A DNA stretch of 62,823 nucleotides, the filler included, from Diploschistes diacapsis (lineage: Eukaryota), in NCBI GenBank assembly GCA_023645945.1. It is 18 parts of 18 records of this genome, joined end to end, with 100 filler letters (N's around TTAATTAATTAA, not from the genome) between each part and the next. Parts side by side here need not be neighbours in the genome. Positions count along the whole stretch, not along the records: positions 38,310 to 58,729 come from JALAIB010000345.1; positions 58,830 to 60,094 come from JALAIB010003450.1; positions 60,195 to 61,459 come from JALAIB010003451.1; positions 61,560 to 62,823 come from JALAIB010003452.1; 14 more parts are not named here. One strand, given 5' to 3'. Both the position numbers and the translations under genes were made by a program. The notes beneath the pieces were generated by a model, which made no database searches, was not told the origin of the DNA, and saw only the letters and a list, made by a program, of their open reading frames with translations. Numbering within the stretch: the stretch's first letter is position 1; the number at the start of each line of letters is the position of its first letter. Positions 49,801 to 62,823 of this stretch are shown piece by piece.

Positions 49801-52800
49801 GCAAGTGTGCCGACTACAGACGGAAGGGGCCTAATTTCATAGCCAAGTAGGAGGAAGTTGCTATCTAGTACCAGGAACAGGATTGCAGATCGGACTAACT
49901 TTTCGTTCGACATCAGTATCTACCAATCAGTCGAACCACGACTGAGGAGTGCTTCGTAGCAAATCCGATGCCCCAGACTCAACTTGAATCATGTGTTGCC
50001 TCGCAATCTACAAGTGCATGAATTGTCCTTGCAATTTCCTTATTGGGATACTACTCAGATTCGCAAGGGCTAGGGAAATACACTGAGGCAAAAGGGTGAC
50101 GTGGTAGGAGCTTTTTCTAATCTTTCTCTCTTGCGATAAGTAAGAACTTCTCATTATCGCGGGGCAGCTCCAGGAGTCGAACGATCAGGCATTTACAGAC
50201 TGAAAGATTGTGCATAGGATTTACAGGCACACCAGAATATTCCGGGAGCCTCAACGACACCGCCGATAACTCTCTCCAAAGAATAGAATGGTGAACCAGG
50301 TTTCGCTACTTAGAACCTATGATGAAGATATTAGGCTTTTGCTTTAACGCCTTATCACACGATAGGCTTATAATGGACCTTTTCAGACTGAATGATAAGC
50401 CTCAGGACCAACTCAAGCCTCGCGTTTAAGTGAAGCTACAATTGGTAACTATAGCCCTTCCTCCATTGATTCCCCAGCGATAACTACCTTATCCATACTC
50501 CGTACTTCATATAAAGACTCGCCAGAAACAATCTCTTGATACCTTTAGAGAAAGTGATTCAAGCAAGAATAGCGCCGACCCATGCTCATGAGAATGATAG
50601 GTGCGAAAACTATTGAAATACATAGATATGTACCATCCGAGAAGGGTTGGAGATCCTTTAACTTCCGTGCTAGGAGCAGATATATCGGATATCCCTGCAA
50701 GTTATTCGTCTGGCCTCGTTTGGATTAACTGAATGTCGAAGAAGAGATAACTGCTTCACTGGTTTCCGAAAAGTTAGATATATGTCAGGAAGATAAGAGT
50801 CTGGTAGCAGCTGGGATGCTGGTACTGTGGCTTCTGCAACTGGACTTTCCTCTAATGGCCACCTGCCGGGCTACAGTTCGCAATGCGCCTTATTTAGTCT
50901 TTAGTCACCCCAATGCTTAAAACAATAAGGCAATTTATTTGGTCCAGACTAGTATTGAAGCAACCACCAGAGACTACTTCAGTTCCGCTGCATTTCTTAG
51001 GGCTCCTTTTGGTCGGGGGAGAAGCAAGCAATCGCAGGACCAGCAATCACGGCTACAATGCTTTCGTATTCATGAGGTGAAAGACTCACGAGGAAGGTGG
51101 CCGAGCCTAGATCTCTGTTGAGCAAAGGCCGTCTCGGCTGTTAAGTGCCTCTTTCGCCCGCAAAACGCATTGAGGCAATACAGGAAAGTCTGGAAAACTC
51201 GACACTAGAAAAGAAAATGGTTGGGCTTCTCACCAAGCGATGAGTCCGCTTCCTGATGGGGAAGAGCTCTTTATCCCCATTACCACATGGAAGGTAATGT
51301 GATGGGCACAGCAAGCTGACTATCTGGAACTGCCTACGAGCAGGTATCACGATAGCTGCAGGCACGTGCCGTTGCTGCGCCCTTGAGTGTTCCGGCTAAA
51401 GAACATAGGTGAACGGGACAACGACACTGGGGGACATTTAGGAACGGAGCATTTCCCCGCTCGCCGCCTTGTTCCCTTGAGACACTCTGTATATACTGAG
51501 TCTAGTGTAGCATGGCTCAGGCTTCTGTAAGCTAAATGAGACTATTCAAGACGGAAGGTGGATTCGAAGAAATAAAGATGCGTTTCGTTAGGATTCTCAG
51601 ATCTCTTGAAGCTTCGCTGCTATCTTCTCCTTTGTACACTGACGGTATGAACAATAAGATCCTGATAACAGTAGGAATATTGAAGGTGATAATGCATGAG
51701 ATTGGACACCATCAAAGGAGGTCATATCCATCTCCGAGTCTCAAGAAAAAATGCCTCGTGATACACAGACAATTGCAGATATCCCTCTGGAAAATTGACC
51801 TCTGATATGCCGGACACCAGAAACCAAAGGCACAGGTATGTGACTCTTTGGGAGTATAAAGTGCGGCCGTAACCACATGCACTCTGCAACTCTACCTTTA
51901 CTGGAATGGTTCCAACGACTTTGAGCAGAGTAAGGAAAGCGTCATATCAAGTGGATGATATGGATGAATAGTACAGGAGTGGAATAGGAATCGAGCCTTA
52001 TCCTACTCTTTCGTACCGCCGCTATTGGCCTTAATTACTGCTTTGGCGGTACCTAGGAAGAATAATCAGGAGGAGCGTACCCGGATCCTCCAGATAGAAC
52101 CTTTTGCCGTCCCTCGTTATTGGGATTCTCTTGTGCAGGAAAAGTCCCTCTGCGCATTGTACGGACAAGCTTATGAGCGAGGTCTGGACTTCAAATATAA
52201 GTGATGCGATCTTGAGTGTAATCTGTACATACAGAAACTGGTGAAAGCTCAGAGAGGGATCAGACAGGGATCAGATCTTACCAAGAGATACATGTCAGAT
52301 ACGGCCAGGAGTTCAGGATTTCCAGAAGCCTTCCCTTGCAGAACCACGTTGGTTCCTGCAGCAGAGTCCGGCGCTGCCCATAGCGGGTGGTTATTCACAC
52401 TTCATATTCTCTCTGGATCTGCCATGGTCGTTTGTGCCCCTCTTATGTACCTCTGAAATATCTTCTCGCATTCAAGGAGTTGCCGGCTGAGCTCTCTGCT
52501 AACGCCGCCCTCAACAATTGTCTCATTGTTCAGCATTCCGTGGCCTAATGACGGAAGAGCAGGCCGTAATTTTTCTTGTGGACAAGAATCATAGTATATA
52601 CGAACAATAAAGGAGTCGACTGGATTTAAGACAGCATGAGGAGATGACAAGAATGCATCGATAAATAACGATGGCGCCCTGCTTTTACTCCTTATTTATT
52701 TGAGCAGTATATGCGTCTCAGTGTAAGGATTAACCGCATTTATAACAGTTGAGTGGGTTCTTGAAGTGGCACTGTTCCTTTCCTGCTCTGTTTTGTATAC

Positions 52801-55800
52801 GCGAAGCACCATACTGCTGGACATAATCGAAGCCTTCACCGCGGTGTCCGCATAGAAAACCCGGTCTAAACCAGGTACGCCATAGAGAGACAGATCAAAG
52901 TACCAGGATAGTCGCTAAAGAGCCGTTCCTTAAAGATATTAAGAGATAGATCGCCTGCGAATGAGTGGGAGACTCTTTCGATGCAGTGACAGCGATACAG
53001 GCCAGTAGACTTGGAATGGAGGAACATTTGGTGGGAGGTATACACCTAACAGTCATCGAGCGCTAAAAACTTTCTTTTACTTCATACTGGATGGAAAGTT
53101 GGCCAATCTACCTATGAAGGACTTTAACAAACCCTTGTGAAAGTTATACAGCTTTAGAACCCAATGATATGCACCGAGGAGAGATTAACTACATCCAATC
53201 CTCAAATCTGGCCCTTCTCTATTGCCGCCATAGCGACAAAGCACTGAGACCTCCATTGGAGATGTATTGGTCAGGAACTCTGCACCTGAAAAAGCATCCA
53301 GAGGCAGAATTATACTTCTGTTACCAGGATATCAAGTTTGGCTAGTCTAGCGACCCAAGAGTTATAATCAGGCCCGAGAAAATCGGATAGGACGCGAGTC
53401 TTGGGAGAATGCGCTTCTTATAGGCTCAGGACTTAAAGAATCTACTCATACTTCCCTTCCGCTTCCATACGTTCAGAGAATCTACATAGAAGCGTTCAGC
53501 ATGGTATAATAGCCTAACGCTTCATTTGGGCTTCCCTTCAGTTCTTGCAGGTCCAAAGGGCATATCTGCAGGCGCACAGGATTGATTGTTATTAGTTAAG
53601 CATGCCGGTTGAGGATAACGAGAGCTAGACTATCTTCGTGGCTCGAGGGAACATCCCGATACTCTATTATAGGGTCCAGCTTCTTCACTTTTGCCCTCGA
53701 TGTATGAACTCCCGAAGGCCTCCAAACCTAGTTATCATGAGACCGGCTAGATAAAGAAAATCAAAAACGAAACAGGGTAGAGGGAAGAAATTTCTCAACT
53801 CGATTTCGTCAAGGGTTTGACTCTATCCTCTTTTCCCCCCGAGGTACATCCAGATACCTTCGAGCCGTTCGGTATACCTCGTTCATACATACTTCAGACG
53901 GAGCAGATAGAAGTCGGACTTATTGACCATTTATAGAGAAGCAACTGGCGATATTAAAATCATCAACTTCTCGTTTCTTATAACCAGGGCATCTTTCATC
54001 CTTTACTATCGGTGATTTAGCCTCATGTAGGTCTAAATACATACACCCCGAAGGCTCCAGGACAATCTCCGAGTGGAAGACCAGCTGGGGAAGCAGAGCT
54101 ATACCATCCGCCTTGGGCCAAGAGGATCGTTGTACCGCTTTTGTTTAAACTTCTCTGCTACATTCTTTGCTGTTTACATGTCTCCTTATTTTCAAGCTCC
54201 CGGGAGGGATAAGGTTCTTGTAGGCTTATTGTTCGGTATAATAACTAGCATGATCTAAAAAAGCTAGGCAATCTGGGATTTGACAGCATCCAGCTTTTGC
54301 TTCTACCTCTATCTTGATTAACGTATACAAACAAGATCTAAATATCAATTACCAAAAAATTGAAAACATTCCGGGAACTAAAAACCAGACTATCATGCTC
54401 AACTTATCAGAATCTTCGATTCGCTACCACTTTCAACATCTCTCTGCTGTGGGGTCTTGGCGAGGATAAACAGAGTGTTATCCAGGCGGTGACCCCTCAT
54501 CTTTAATAAATTAACCGCATATAGGATATCCCCTCATGTACAATCATATACAAGATCAACTTTGGAGGAAAATGTTATCCGGAAAAGGGAAACAAAATCA
54601 TCCAACAGAAACCATGGCCAGATTCTTTGATGTGGGCAATCTTACCAACATGATAGGGAAGGCTCTCCTCTACAGCCGCGCCCTAGGTGGCCTCATCTGC
54701 GTGTGCTGTTCAAAGGTTGCGCCACTTGATTGCAGTAGGTGGAACTGAGGGATGGCAGTTGGAAAACCGTGCAATATATATGAACGAAGCCTCATGGCAG
54801 GAAGGCCCCGAGTTCTCGTTCGGTCTTCTGCGTGGGTAGGAGACCACTCGATGGAGATACAGCAGAATAAGGAAGAGACGACGAGCAAGAGCTCCAACGA
54901 CGAAAATCCAGATATCTCAGGTTTGAAAAGCGTCGAACGATCTTATAAGGTCCGTAAGGCATTAGTTGCCACCTCGAATAATCTTGAAACCTGTTCAATT
55001 CTTTCCACGTCCGAGACTGAAATGACAACCTTAGGGTGACTGATTCGCGTGCAGCAAAAAGGGGAGCCTACGTTACATTTTTTGTGTGGTTATAAAAGAT
55101 AGGTACCTCGGCCTGCCTATAAGAAACAGAGGATTGGAGTGCGTATAGAATCTTATCTCGGTATCTAGGGAACGCTTGGTCACATATCGTCGAACAAGAA
55201 GCTTGGGAGGTTCCGGCCGAGTGATAACACCTCCGTACCAATTACAAGAAATTTGCCCACGAAGGTGATGGCGCGGCGGTGTATCTCTACTAATGGCTCC
55301 CGGAGTACCACCGAAAACTGATTCACCGAGGCACAGGAAGAGGGAGCGTCAAAAAGAGCATTAACTCGGCCAAAAAATGAGGACAAGGCTGCGAAAACAA
55401 GGAAAGGAATCAGCGAATCCAAAAGATCAGGAGCAGTCGTTATAGCTCCACTTGTCGGATCCTTAAACGAGGTGAAGGTTCACAGGGGAACTCTTTTCTC
55501 AAACCCACAACTCACAACCGCTAAGGAGATAACACTGAGCTTTCTCGATATTTGTCACTGAGGCCTTCGACACACCCAGTTGCACAGCTTGGTAGGAGCG
55601 GGCCACCTTCTGCTTCTCACAAACAGAGCTTATCTTCAATGGTACCGAAGCTGTATATAGAATCAAGAGAAGCTTTTAGCGAGGAAGGTTTGACCTTTGT
55701 TCTGCTCTTCTTTCCTCGCCTGGTAAAACGTCATGGTATAGAAAGATAGGGTTCATATTCGGACCCTCGCTAACAGAGATAGAAAAGGGGACGTCACTGC

Positions 55801-57429
55801 GATACCGGGTATCCTCAACTTGGGTTTTGTGTTCTTAGAGAAGCCTCGATGGAAATAAAGTAAATTTCCAGCTTACGGATATCAACGCAAGTTGTTAATT
55901 GCTATAGGATGAGCCTCCAATATCAAGGAAATCCAGTATGCTATGGACACCCCAGGTATCCATGCTTGATTCTCTACCTTGATAGGCAATTTGTTGAGGA
56001 CACTATGACCATATCCCACAGACTGGCGCACTTGAGGATTTGATTATTCCAGGCGCAGGCGTCTCGCTGTCTCGCCACGATATATGGAGAAGCTAAGAGC
56101 AGAGTAGAGTCCATAAAAAGCTCAGGTGCTTGCTCTATTCTATCTGCCCCCTCGGCTACTCACAAGACTTTGCGGAAAGCGAGAGGGTCTGGACCCTGGA
56201 TAGCTAGCAATAAAGATAAATCACTGGTAGAAGATGACCCGCCCAAGTATTCTCGTTCGGCGTTCGGTGTCAACAGAGAGTTACTCGATAGAGGCGCCGA
56301 ACACGCTGCTTGTCTAGGAGACCCATAGGCCCGATGATTTATAAAAGTAGGAGCGAGTCATCTATTTCTTATACTGTAACCGGTGTTTCCCTCCGAGAAA
56401 ATGAAATGGTAAAGAGTTAGGTTCTTCATTTGCAGTTCTTTCCCGCGGAAATATACAAGCATCATAGGAAGCAGAGCGTCTAGTCTGGAGAGCTTTCGGT
56501 AAATAATACCCTTCGTTGGTGACATCTGCACCAGGTAATCTCGTTCGGCCTCCTGCGTGAACAGGAAGTCCTTGGATATAAGCACGGAAAACATTTCAAG
56601 AATATAGAAGCAACGCGATGGCAGGAACGGCCACTACTACTGTTATCTAAAAGTACAGAGAAACTCTATTTCAGAGAATAGACGCGATGGAAATCGTGGA
56701 TAATACGCATAAGACATAACAATAAGAAGCACAGGCTCATATTCTGCCCTTATCTCTCTTGGCCATTCCCTGTTGGCGTAGGACGCTGGACAGCGGGTCA
56801 ACATCGCCTAGATTTGCTTCGGAAATTGTCTTAATTTGTATTGAGATGGACCATGAGATTAGCCAGAATCCATTCCAGAAATTTTTGAATATACTATCTA
56901 AAACACAAAGAGCGCCTCCAGGAGACTAAAGCATCTAGACATACCGCAATGAGAGCGCGCCATCCAACTCTTAAACTTAAGTGGGATTCTCGCTCCATGA
57001 GAAATTATAGCGCATATATCATCGATGGTAATAACGATAGGACACTCTCTGCTCTCCTTTCTATTGGTCCTATACTGCATTAATAGAAGCGAAGACTTTG
57101 ATGTCTATCGAAATTTGCATGGGAGTTCAGGTGCCATAGTTCGGCTTTATGTGTCAACAGGAAGCTATTCATTAGAGAAAGAGGAGATATAGACAGGACA
57201 ACGACACTTTTGGTGATTGACCGCGCTATAAGCGAAGCATATCCTGCTTTGGTGATGAAGAAATTTCCTTTCGAGCAACTAGATGTTCTGTTATTGGTTC
57301 GTAGAAACACGAGAATGGTTCCCGATGAAAGCCAGGGTCTGGCTCTGCCTTTCTTCCTATTGGCTGTATAGGAGTTTTGTAAGAGGCAAAAGGTCTGACC
57401 GCTGAAGACCTCCCAATTTAAGAATCTTG

Positions 57430-57907
57430 ATGTATACCTGCCATACTAGGCGGTCATTGTGCGATAACTGCAGGCCATTTAACAAGCGTGCATCAATTCT
57501 CTCAAGAACTCATATTTCGGATCTCCCCGGCGCCAGCAAACTGGATACTGCCAATGATATCCTTTCTCGCATGGAGCACTCGATCCTAGAGATGACCGAT
57601 GTGGTTATGTCGGGGTTATCGGACATACATAAGCATGGTCAGGCTATGCTAGAGATTCATAAGGATATAGCCAGTAGGCTCCAAGCTGTCGCCAAGTCTT
57701 TGCAGGCCCGCGAACGTTCGTTTGAGCGTCCCGTCGCCGGACGTACGCTTTGCGACCCCTGCCGTTGCTACGATGCGTACGTCGTCCCCTGTTATGGATA
57801 GATTGATTTTCCTCCAGAGCCCTGCTTCGCGCACGCCCAAAGGCGGGCAGGAGGAAAGACCTGCTAAGCGATCAAAGCTCCTTACCTATGGCAGAAATAG
57901 GGTTTAG
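57430..57907 (+). pseudogene. Frameshifted gene relic (helical segment followed by a PAKRSK basic motif)
   Basis: Overlapping ORFs 57427-57801 and 57722-57907 read as one protein with a frameshift. Confidence 0.3.
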
Positions 57908-58829
57908 GATATTAGTATCTCTTCCGATTAGAACTGTAAAGGGTAAAATACGACAATGTGGCAAGATGGCTAAACGCAGGGCAGATTCATGCCAGGACTA
58001 ATTACTAAAGAAGAGGAGAGAGTAAATTAAGAAGCCAAGACCCTAAACGAGGCTTGCGAGTCTCTTAACGTCCCTAGCATCCGAATATTTCTTTTGTTTT
58101 GGTCCTGCTAATAGATTTATAAAAGGATATACCGCCTACGTAACCGTATTAATGTTTTCGATGTAATAAACGTATCATTACGGAATTATTAGTAGTTTGT
58201 ATAAAGATTGGAGTTATTAAATGTCGCCGTTGCTTGTTATATTTTTGCGTTGATGCTAATATTTCTTTCTTATTTAGGGGATTATTAATAGGGTTTTTTT
58301 AGGTTCCCTCGGCCTTTTGGTCACACGTCTATATGCTGTGCAAGTAACGTGATAGGCTTATCGCAGCAGGGTTTAAGCGTGGCGGCCCCCTTCCGGAGTC
58401 GTACTTGAAGAATGAGGCCCCGTACACCAGGCAGGTTGAGCGATATACGAATAGGCAGAAGCGGGAGTTAAAGCTTATGTAATCGATCGTGGTAAAAGCG
58501 GACGGTTCGTTCGACGAGACTTTAAGCTTGCGCTTTAAGGAAGCGAACGGTGTTTTTGTATATAAGAATAAGGCCGTCTCGAGCTTTGAGCAGATTTAGA
58601 GTTTTGTTTATATAAATAAACAGGGCGATTCGGGAGCATTATTTATTCCCTACCCCGGTCACATATAATGTATCTATTAAGTTATTTAATTTATAATTAG
58701 TTTTTATAATAATTAATATATATTATATANNNNNNNNNNNNNNNNNNNNNNNNNNNNNNNNNNNNNNNNNNNNTTAATTAATTAANNNNNNNNNNNNNNN
58801 NNNNNNNNNNNNNNNNNNNNNNNNNNNNN

Positions 58830-58967
58830 GCCGCCTACTGCCACAGCCACGCACCTACATATAGTGTAATAGGGAAACAGTGCTTCGGGGTTCCTGAAAG
58901 CATTGTGGTTAGTCTTTTGGCTCAGTGGGATAGCGCTACCTATTAGGCACTTCCCCCCGCTGTTACA
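58830..58967 (+). mobile_element. Partial LTR (family A)
   Basis: Ends ...CCCCGCTGTTACA. Matches the copies at 1372, 60428 and 60872. Confidence 0.8.
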
Positions 58968-59420
58968 ATTCTCCTCCGGTTATAATAATGTCTGATCGAC
59001 AATGTTAAACTTTTAAAAAACTCGAAAGAAAATAACGTATGTTTTAAAAGTTTTTTGGCTTCTTAATAAACGAAAACGATAATCTTTATAATAATTTATA
59101 AGGGTTTCTTTAAAAAATTAAACGGTAAGAAAATACGGTAAAAAGATTTTTATCACGCGATTTATATCTCAAATCTTAATAATTCGAATAATATAAGCGA
59201 ATCGAATTATTTCGATCGAAAGAAGATTTATCTTTTTCGAAACTCGATCTTTAAAGTTTAACCGAGGCCAGAATTCTTTAGGTGAGTTACCTTTTCGTTG
59301 CTACCATATGTGATTCGATTGTATGGTATGTTTTAAATTGTCTAGCTATAGATTTATAAATAAAAGGTATTCTGCCAAGTCTTTTCGGATTTAGGGCTTA
59401 ACTCCGTAGTGAAACCACAA

Positions 59421-59528
59421 AAGCACGGACACGGACACCGCAGCTAAAAAATCTAAAATACTGATACTGATACTGCGGTGTCCGTGTCACGGACATCGGC
59501 AGTGTCAGTGTCAGTGACGGCTAGCTTA
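59421..59528 (-). mobile_element. Truncated hAT-like MITE end
   Basis: GTGTCAGTGTCAGTGACGGCTAGCTTA is a RIPed form of the TIR. Confidence 0.7.
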
Positions 59529-59737
59529 GCATATAATACGTTATAAAAGTTAATAGAATTGTCTTGGCGTCTTGTATACTTGTTTGGAAATAGTAGTGTC
59601 AGTAGATTAATCTAAATAGGTTAGTCTGACTTCTTATTAAGCTTTTAGTATGTCTTGAATATTCTAGAAGGTTCTAGAAGGTTCTAAAATATTTTAAAGC
59701 ATAATAAAATATCATCGATGAATTATTATAATCTCTA

Positions 59738-60094
59738 ACGTGTTTGACGGTTATCTGGGCCACCTTAAATCACTACCGCCAGCATTTTACGGTTTTTAAA
59801 TATAATCTATTTGTCGTGATTTGAATCTAATCTATCTAAATCGAATCTATGTTTTTTTTTATTCTTTTCGATTTTAAAAACACGACGACGTTTTTTACGC
59901 GTTATAAATCGTTTCGAAACTGTTTAACTCGATTTAACCCGAATTCTTATTTTAAGAACTTCGTTTATATTAAATATTAAACGATTTTTAATTCCATTCG
60001 CTTATTTAATTTACGTTTTTTACGACTATTAAGAAGCATTTCTTATTTTCGGTTTTCTTTACGAAACGTTATAAGTTTAATATAACGTTACGTC
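59738..60094 (+). mobile_element. Fot1/pogo-like terminus plus RIPed interior
   Basis: TA|ACGTGTTTGACGGTTATCTGGGCCACC resembles the 27392 TIR. Confidence 0.5.
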
Positions 60095-60194
60095 NNNNNN
60101 NNNNNNNNNNNNNNNNNNNNNNNNNNNNNNNNNNNNNNTTAATTAATTAANNNNNNNNNNNNNNNNNNNNNNNNNNNNNNNNNNNNNNNNNNNN

Positions 60195-60334
60195 CATTAA
60201 TGTTTTAAATTTTTTAATTGCGGTATCCGTGTTCGTAAATTTACGGAAATATAATGTCCGTGTTAATATCCGTGTTTTAAAATTTTTTATTATAGTGTCC
60301 GTGTCAGTAACCGTGGCACGAAACGGCCAGCCTA
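60195..60334 (+). mobile_element. hAT-like MITE right end
   Basis: Ends GTGGCACGAAACGGCCAGCCTA. Confidence 0.8.
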
Positions 60335-60427
60335 ACGCGTACGACGTTATAATAAATATAATTAATTCGAATATAATACGCGAACTTACGAAATAGAATC
60401 TATAGCTTTTAAGAAAGATATTAATAA

Positions 60428-60597
60428 TGTAACGCCCAAAGGTGCGCCCTGGGGTTCAGGTCCCCCTGCTGCCACAGCCACGCACCTACATATAGTGTAA
60501 TAGGGAAACAGTCCTTCGGGGTTCTTGAAAGCATTATATTAATCTTTTGGCTTAGTGGGATAGCGTTACCCTATTAGGCATTATTTTCGTTATTATA
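60428..60597 (+). mobile_element. LTR family A copy (about 170 bp)
   Basis: TGTAACGCCC... with a RIPed TATTATA end. Direct repeat of 60872-61041. Confidence 0.8.
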
Positions 60598-60871
60598 GTT
60601 ATGCTTTCATTCCTTAGATCGTTAATTCGAGCACAAGGCTGATTATTTGTGTTAAAATCGAATTTATTGCGCTACGGTTGAGCGTACGTAACCCTGCGGG
60701 GTCGTCGTTACATAAGAACATGCGGTTAGTTTTAAATACGGCGACTGAATAACCCCGTTTCTGAATTTATGACGTAGGTATTAGAAACGGTTTAAGATAT
60801 CCAATATACTCGGGGCGCTATATAAGACGTAATAAATACTAAGGGCCAGTACTGTAAGGAAAGAAGATAAT

Positions 60872-61041
60872 TATAACGCCCAAAGGTGCGTCCTGGGGTT
60901 CAGGTCTTCCTGCTGCCACAGCCACGTACTTACATATAGTGTAATAGAGAAACAGTGCTTCGGGGTTCCTGAAAGCATTATGTTAGTCTTTTGGCTCAGT
61001 GGGATAGCGCTACCCTATTAGGCACTACCCCCGCTGTTACA
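60872..61041 (+). mobile_element. LTR family A copy (about 170 bp)
   Basis: TATAACGCCC (RIPed TGTAAC)...TGTTACA. Confidence 0.8.
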
Positions 61042-61122
61042 AATAATTAATATAATAAATAATCGTAAAAATTGATTGCGTAAATATAATTATAACTCAT
61101 ACGAATCGAGAAGGGTGTCCGC

Positions 61123-61459
61123 TAAACTGGCCGATTCGTGCCACGGTCACGGACACGGACACTATAATAAAAAATTTTAAAATACGGACATTAACACGTA
61201 TATTATGGCTAAAATTTTAAAACACGGATATTAACACGGATATTATATTATAATAAAAGCACGAACACGGACATTATAATTAAAATTTTTAAAATATTAA
61301 TATTAATACGGACATTATAATTAAAGTTTTTAAAATATTAATATTAATACGGACATTATATTATAATAAATTTATCGAAATATTACGATAAATTTATTAA
61401 AATATCGCGATAAATTTTTTTTCAAAAAATAAAAGCCTGAAAAATAGACGTAATAATTC
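61123..61459 (-). mobile_element. Partial hAT-like MITE
   Basis: TAAACTGGCCGATTCGTGCCACGG (RIPed TIR) followed by an ACACGGA array. Confidence 0.75.
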
Positions 61460-61559
61460 NNNNNNNNNNNNNNNNNNNNNNNNNNNNNNNNNNNNNNNNN
61501 NNNTTAATTAATTAANNNNNNNNNNNNNNNNNNNNNNNNNNNNNNNNNNNNNNNNNNNN

Positions 61560-62340
61560 ATTTAGTAGTTTATTTTAGATTAATCTTTCTTTTACTGTTC
61601 AGGTGTTTTGTTTAAAACTGAATCTAAATCGGTAAAGATAGATGATATAGAATCATCTGGGATGACTATAGTAGGCGATAGTGGTTAATTATTAAAGACG
61701 TAGTTTACTTCTTTATTTTCAAGATATATGCGTATAAGTTTAAATTATTATTGTTGATTTTCTTTTTTTAGGATGGGAGTAACCCGTTTTTTGGATAAGA
61801 TGTCGGTTATTTTATTGTTATTTTTCGTAAATAAAGAAGATTTATTAAATGAATAACTCGTAGTTAATAAGTGATTGATGAATAATATAGAAGGTGATTT
61901 TTTGTAATAGAAGTGAAGGTAATCGAGGGGTTCAGCGTGGTTCAGCTGAACTTCGATATTGGCGAGAAAGAGAAAAAGATTATTTTTCGTTAATTTGTAT
62001 AGATGATATCTGGATTTAATTATTTCTTATTTAGGTTTACTTTAAGTCAGCGTATTAAGGTCCCGCGTTCTTTTAAAGTAGTATAATTTCTATCTTTAAA
62101 TTAATTTATCTTAGGGTTTTATGATTTAGATCCTAAGTTTTTAGATTTCTTCGATTTAATCTGTATTAGGTAGCGTAATCGGTGCCCGCGTTCGTAATCG
62201 TAATAACTGCCGGGAAACGTAGTTTCAATAAACGATTAAACGTAGTAAAATAGGTGCTAATTCGGGCTTATAACCTGTTTGGTAACGAAATGGATGTATT
62301 AAAATCTAAAGATCTTAATAAGGAAGTTATCTTATTTTGC
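61560..62340. repeat. Unclassified RIPed repeat shared with 35580-35800
   Basis: About 61920-62080 is the reverse complement of about 35580-35750 (AAGAACGCGGGAC and GTTCAGCTGAAC landmarks). Confidence 0.55.
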
Positions 62341-62823
62341 AGACTTTTATTCTCGTGGGATACGCTAAGCCCTACTACCTATACTATTCCTTACTCGGTC
62401 TAGTTAGAATTCTAGGAGGTTCAGCTGAACTGAACCTCGGAGTTCAGCCAAACTGAACTTCCTTCTAGAACTTAGTTATATTCTCAACCATGCCTTCTGC
62501 CTGTTTGCTCAACAATTATTTCTTAATATTAAACCTTGTCCGTTAATTCAGGCGAGTCGCTTTATTTAATGCCGCTATATCTATTAAATAAAATCTTTTA
62601 ATCTTTATGCGTATCCGTTGCTATTTTAAACCGATCGAGCATCTTCTTAGCGTAAATTTTTTAATTAAGGTTTAACTAAATTACTCCTTAACATTATCGT
62701 TAAACTCTTATTTTTAAAATCTTTTTAATCTCTTTTAGATCCTTGATTTTATAACGTTTAGCGAGGGTTTTTTTTAAATTAGTTTACGTTTCGTAATTTA
62801 AGTATTATTACGATGATATCGTC

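Noticed and set aside
38310..58729. Calling this contig a Starship
   Set aside because: No tyrosine-recombinase (DUF3435) captain and no element boundaries are recognisable, so it is kept only as a hypothesis.

Overview
Fungal (filamentous ascomycete, Pezizomycotina-type) draft assembly. Evidence: short GT-AG introns with CTAAC/TTAAT-type branch sites and strong RIP (repeat-induced point mutation) signatures. The window is not contiguous DNA. It is 18 contigs joined by an artificial 100-bp linker (44 N + TTAATTAATTAA + 44 N). Sixteen contigs of about 1.27 kb are RIP-degraded transposon debris: Ty3/gypsy chromoviruses, Ty1/copia, a Tad1-like LINE, Fot1/pogo elements, solo LTRs and two TIR/MITE-like families with dense subterminal repeats, one of which has a perfect 8-bp TSD (hAT-like). 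Contig 4113-24544 carries five intact spliced genes: a Uma2/PD-(D/E)XK-like nuclease-fold protein, an MFS transporter, a two-HKD phospholipase D-superfamily protein, an FHA-like Ser/Thr kinase and a large protein with a Cys-rich C-terminus. Contig 38310-58729 is mostly decayed gene relics, including a 2OG-Fe(II) dioxygenase-like pseudogene. Its only clearly intact gene (41142-41945) encodes a secreted, Kex2-type preproprotein with a defensin/scorpion-toxin-like Cys module fused to an amphipathic helical tail. That gene is the best candidate for something new. All family calls come from motif recognition by eye; no database searches were run.
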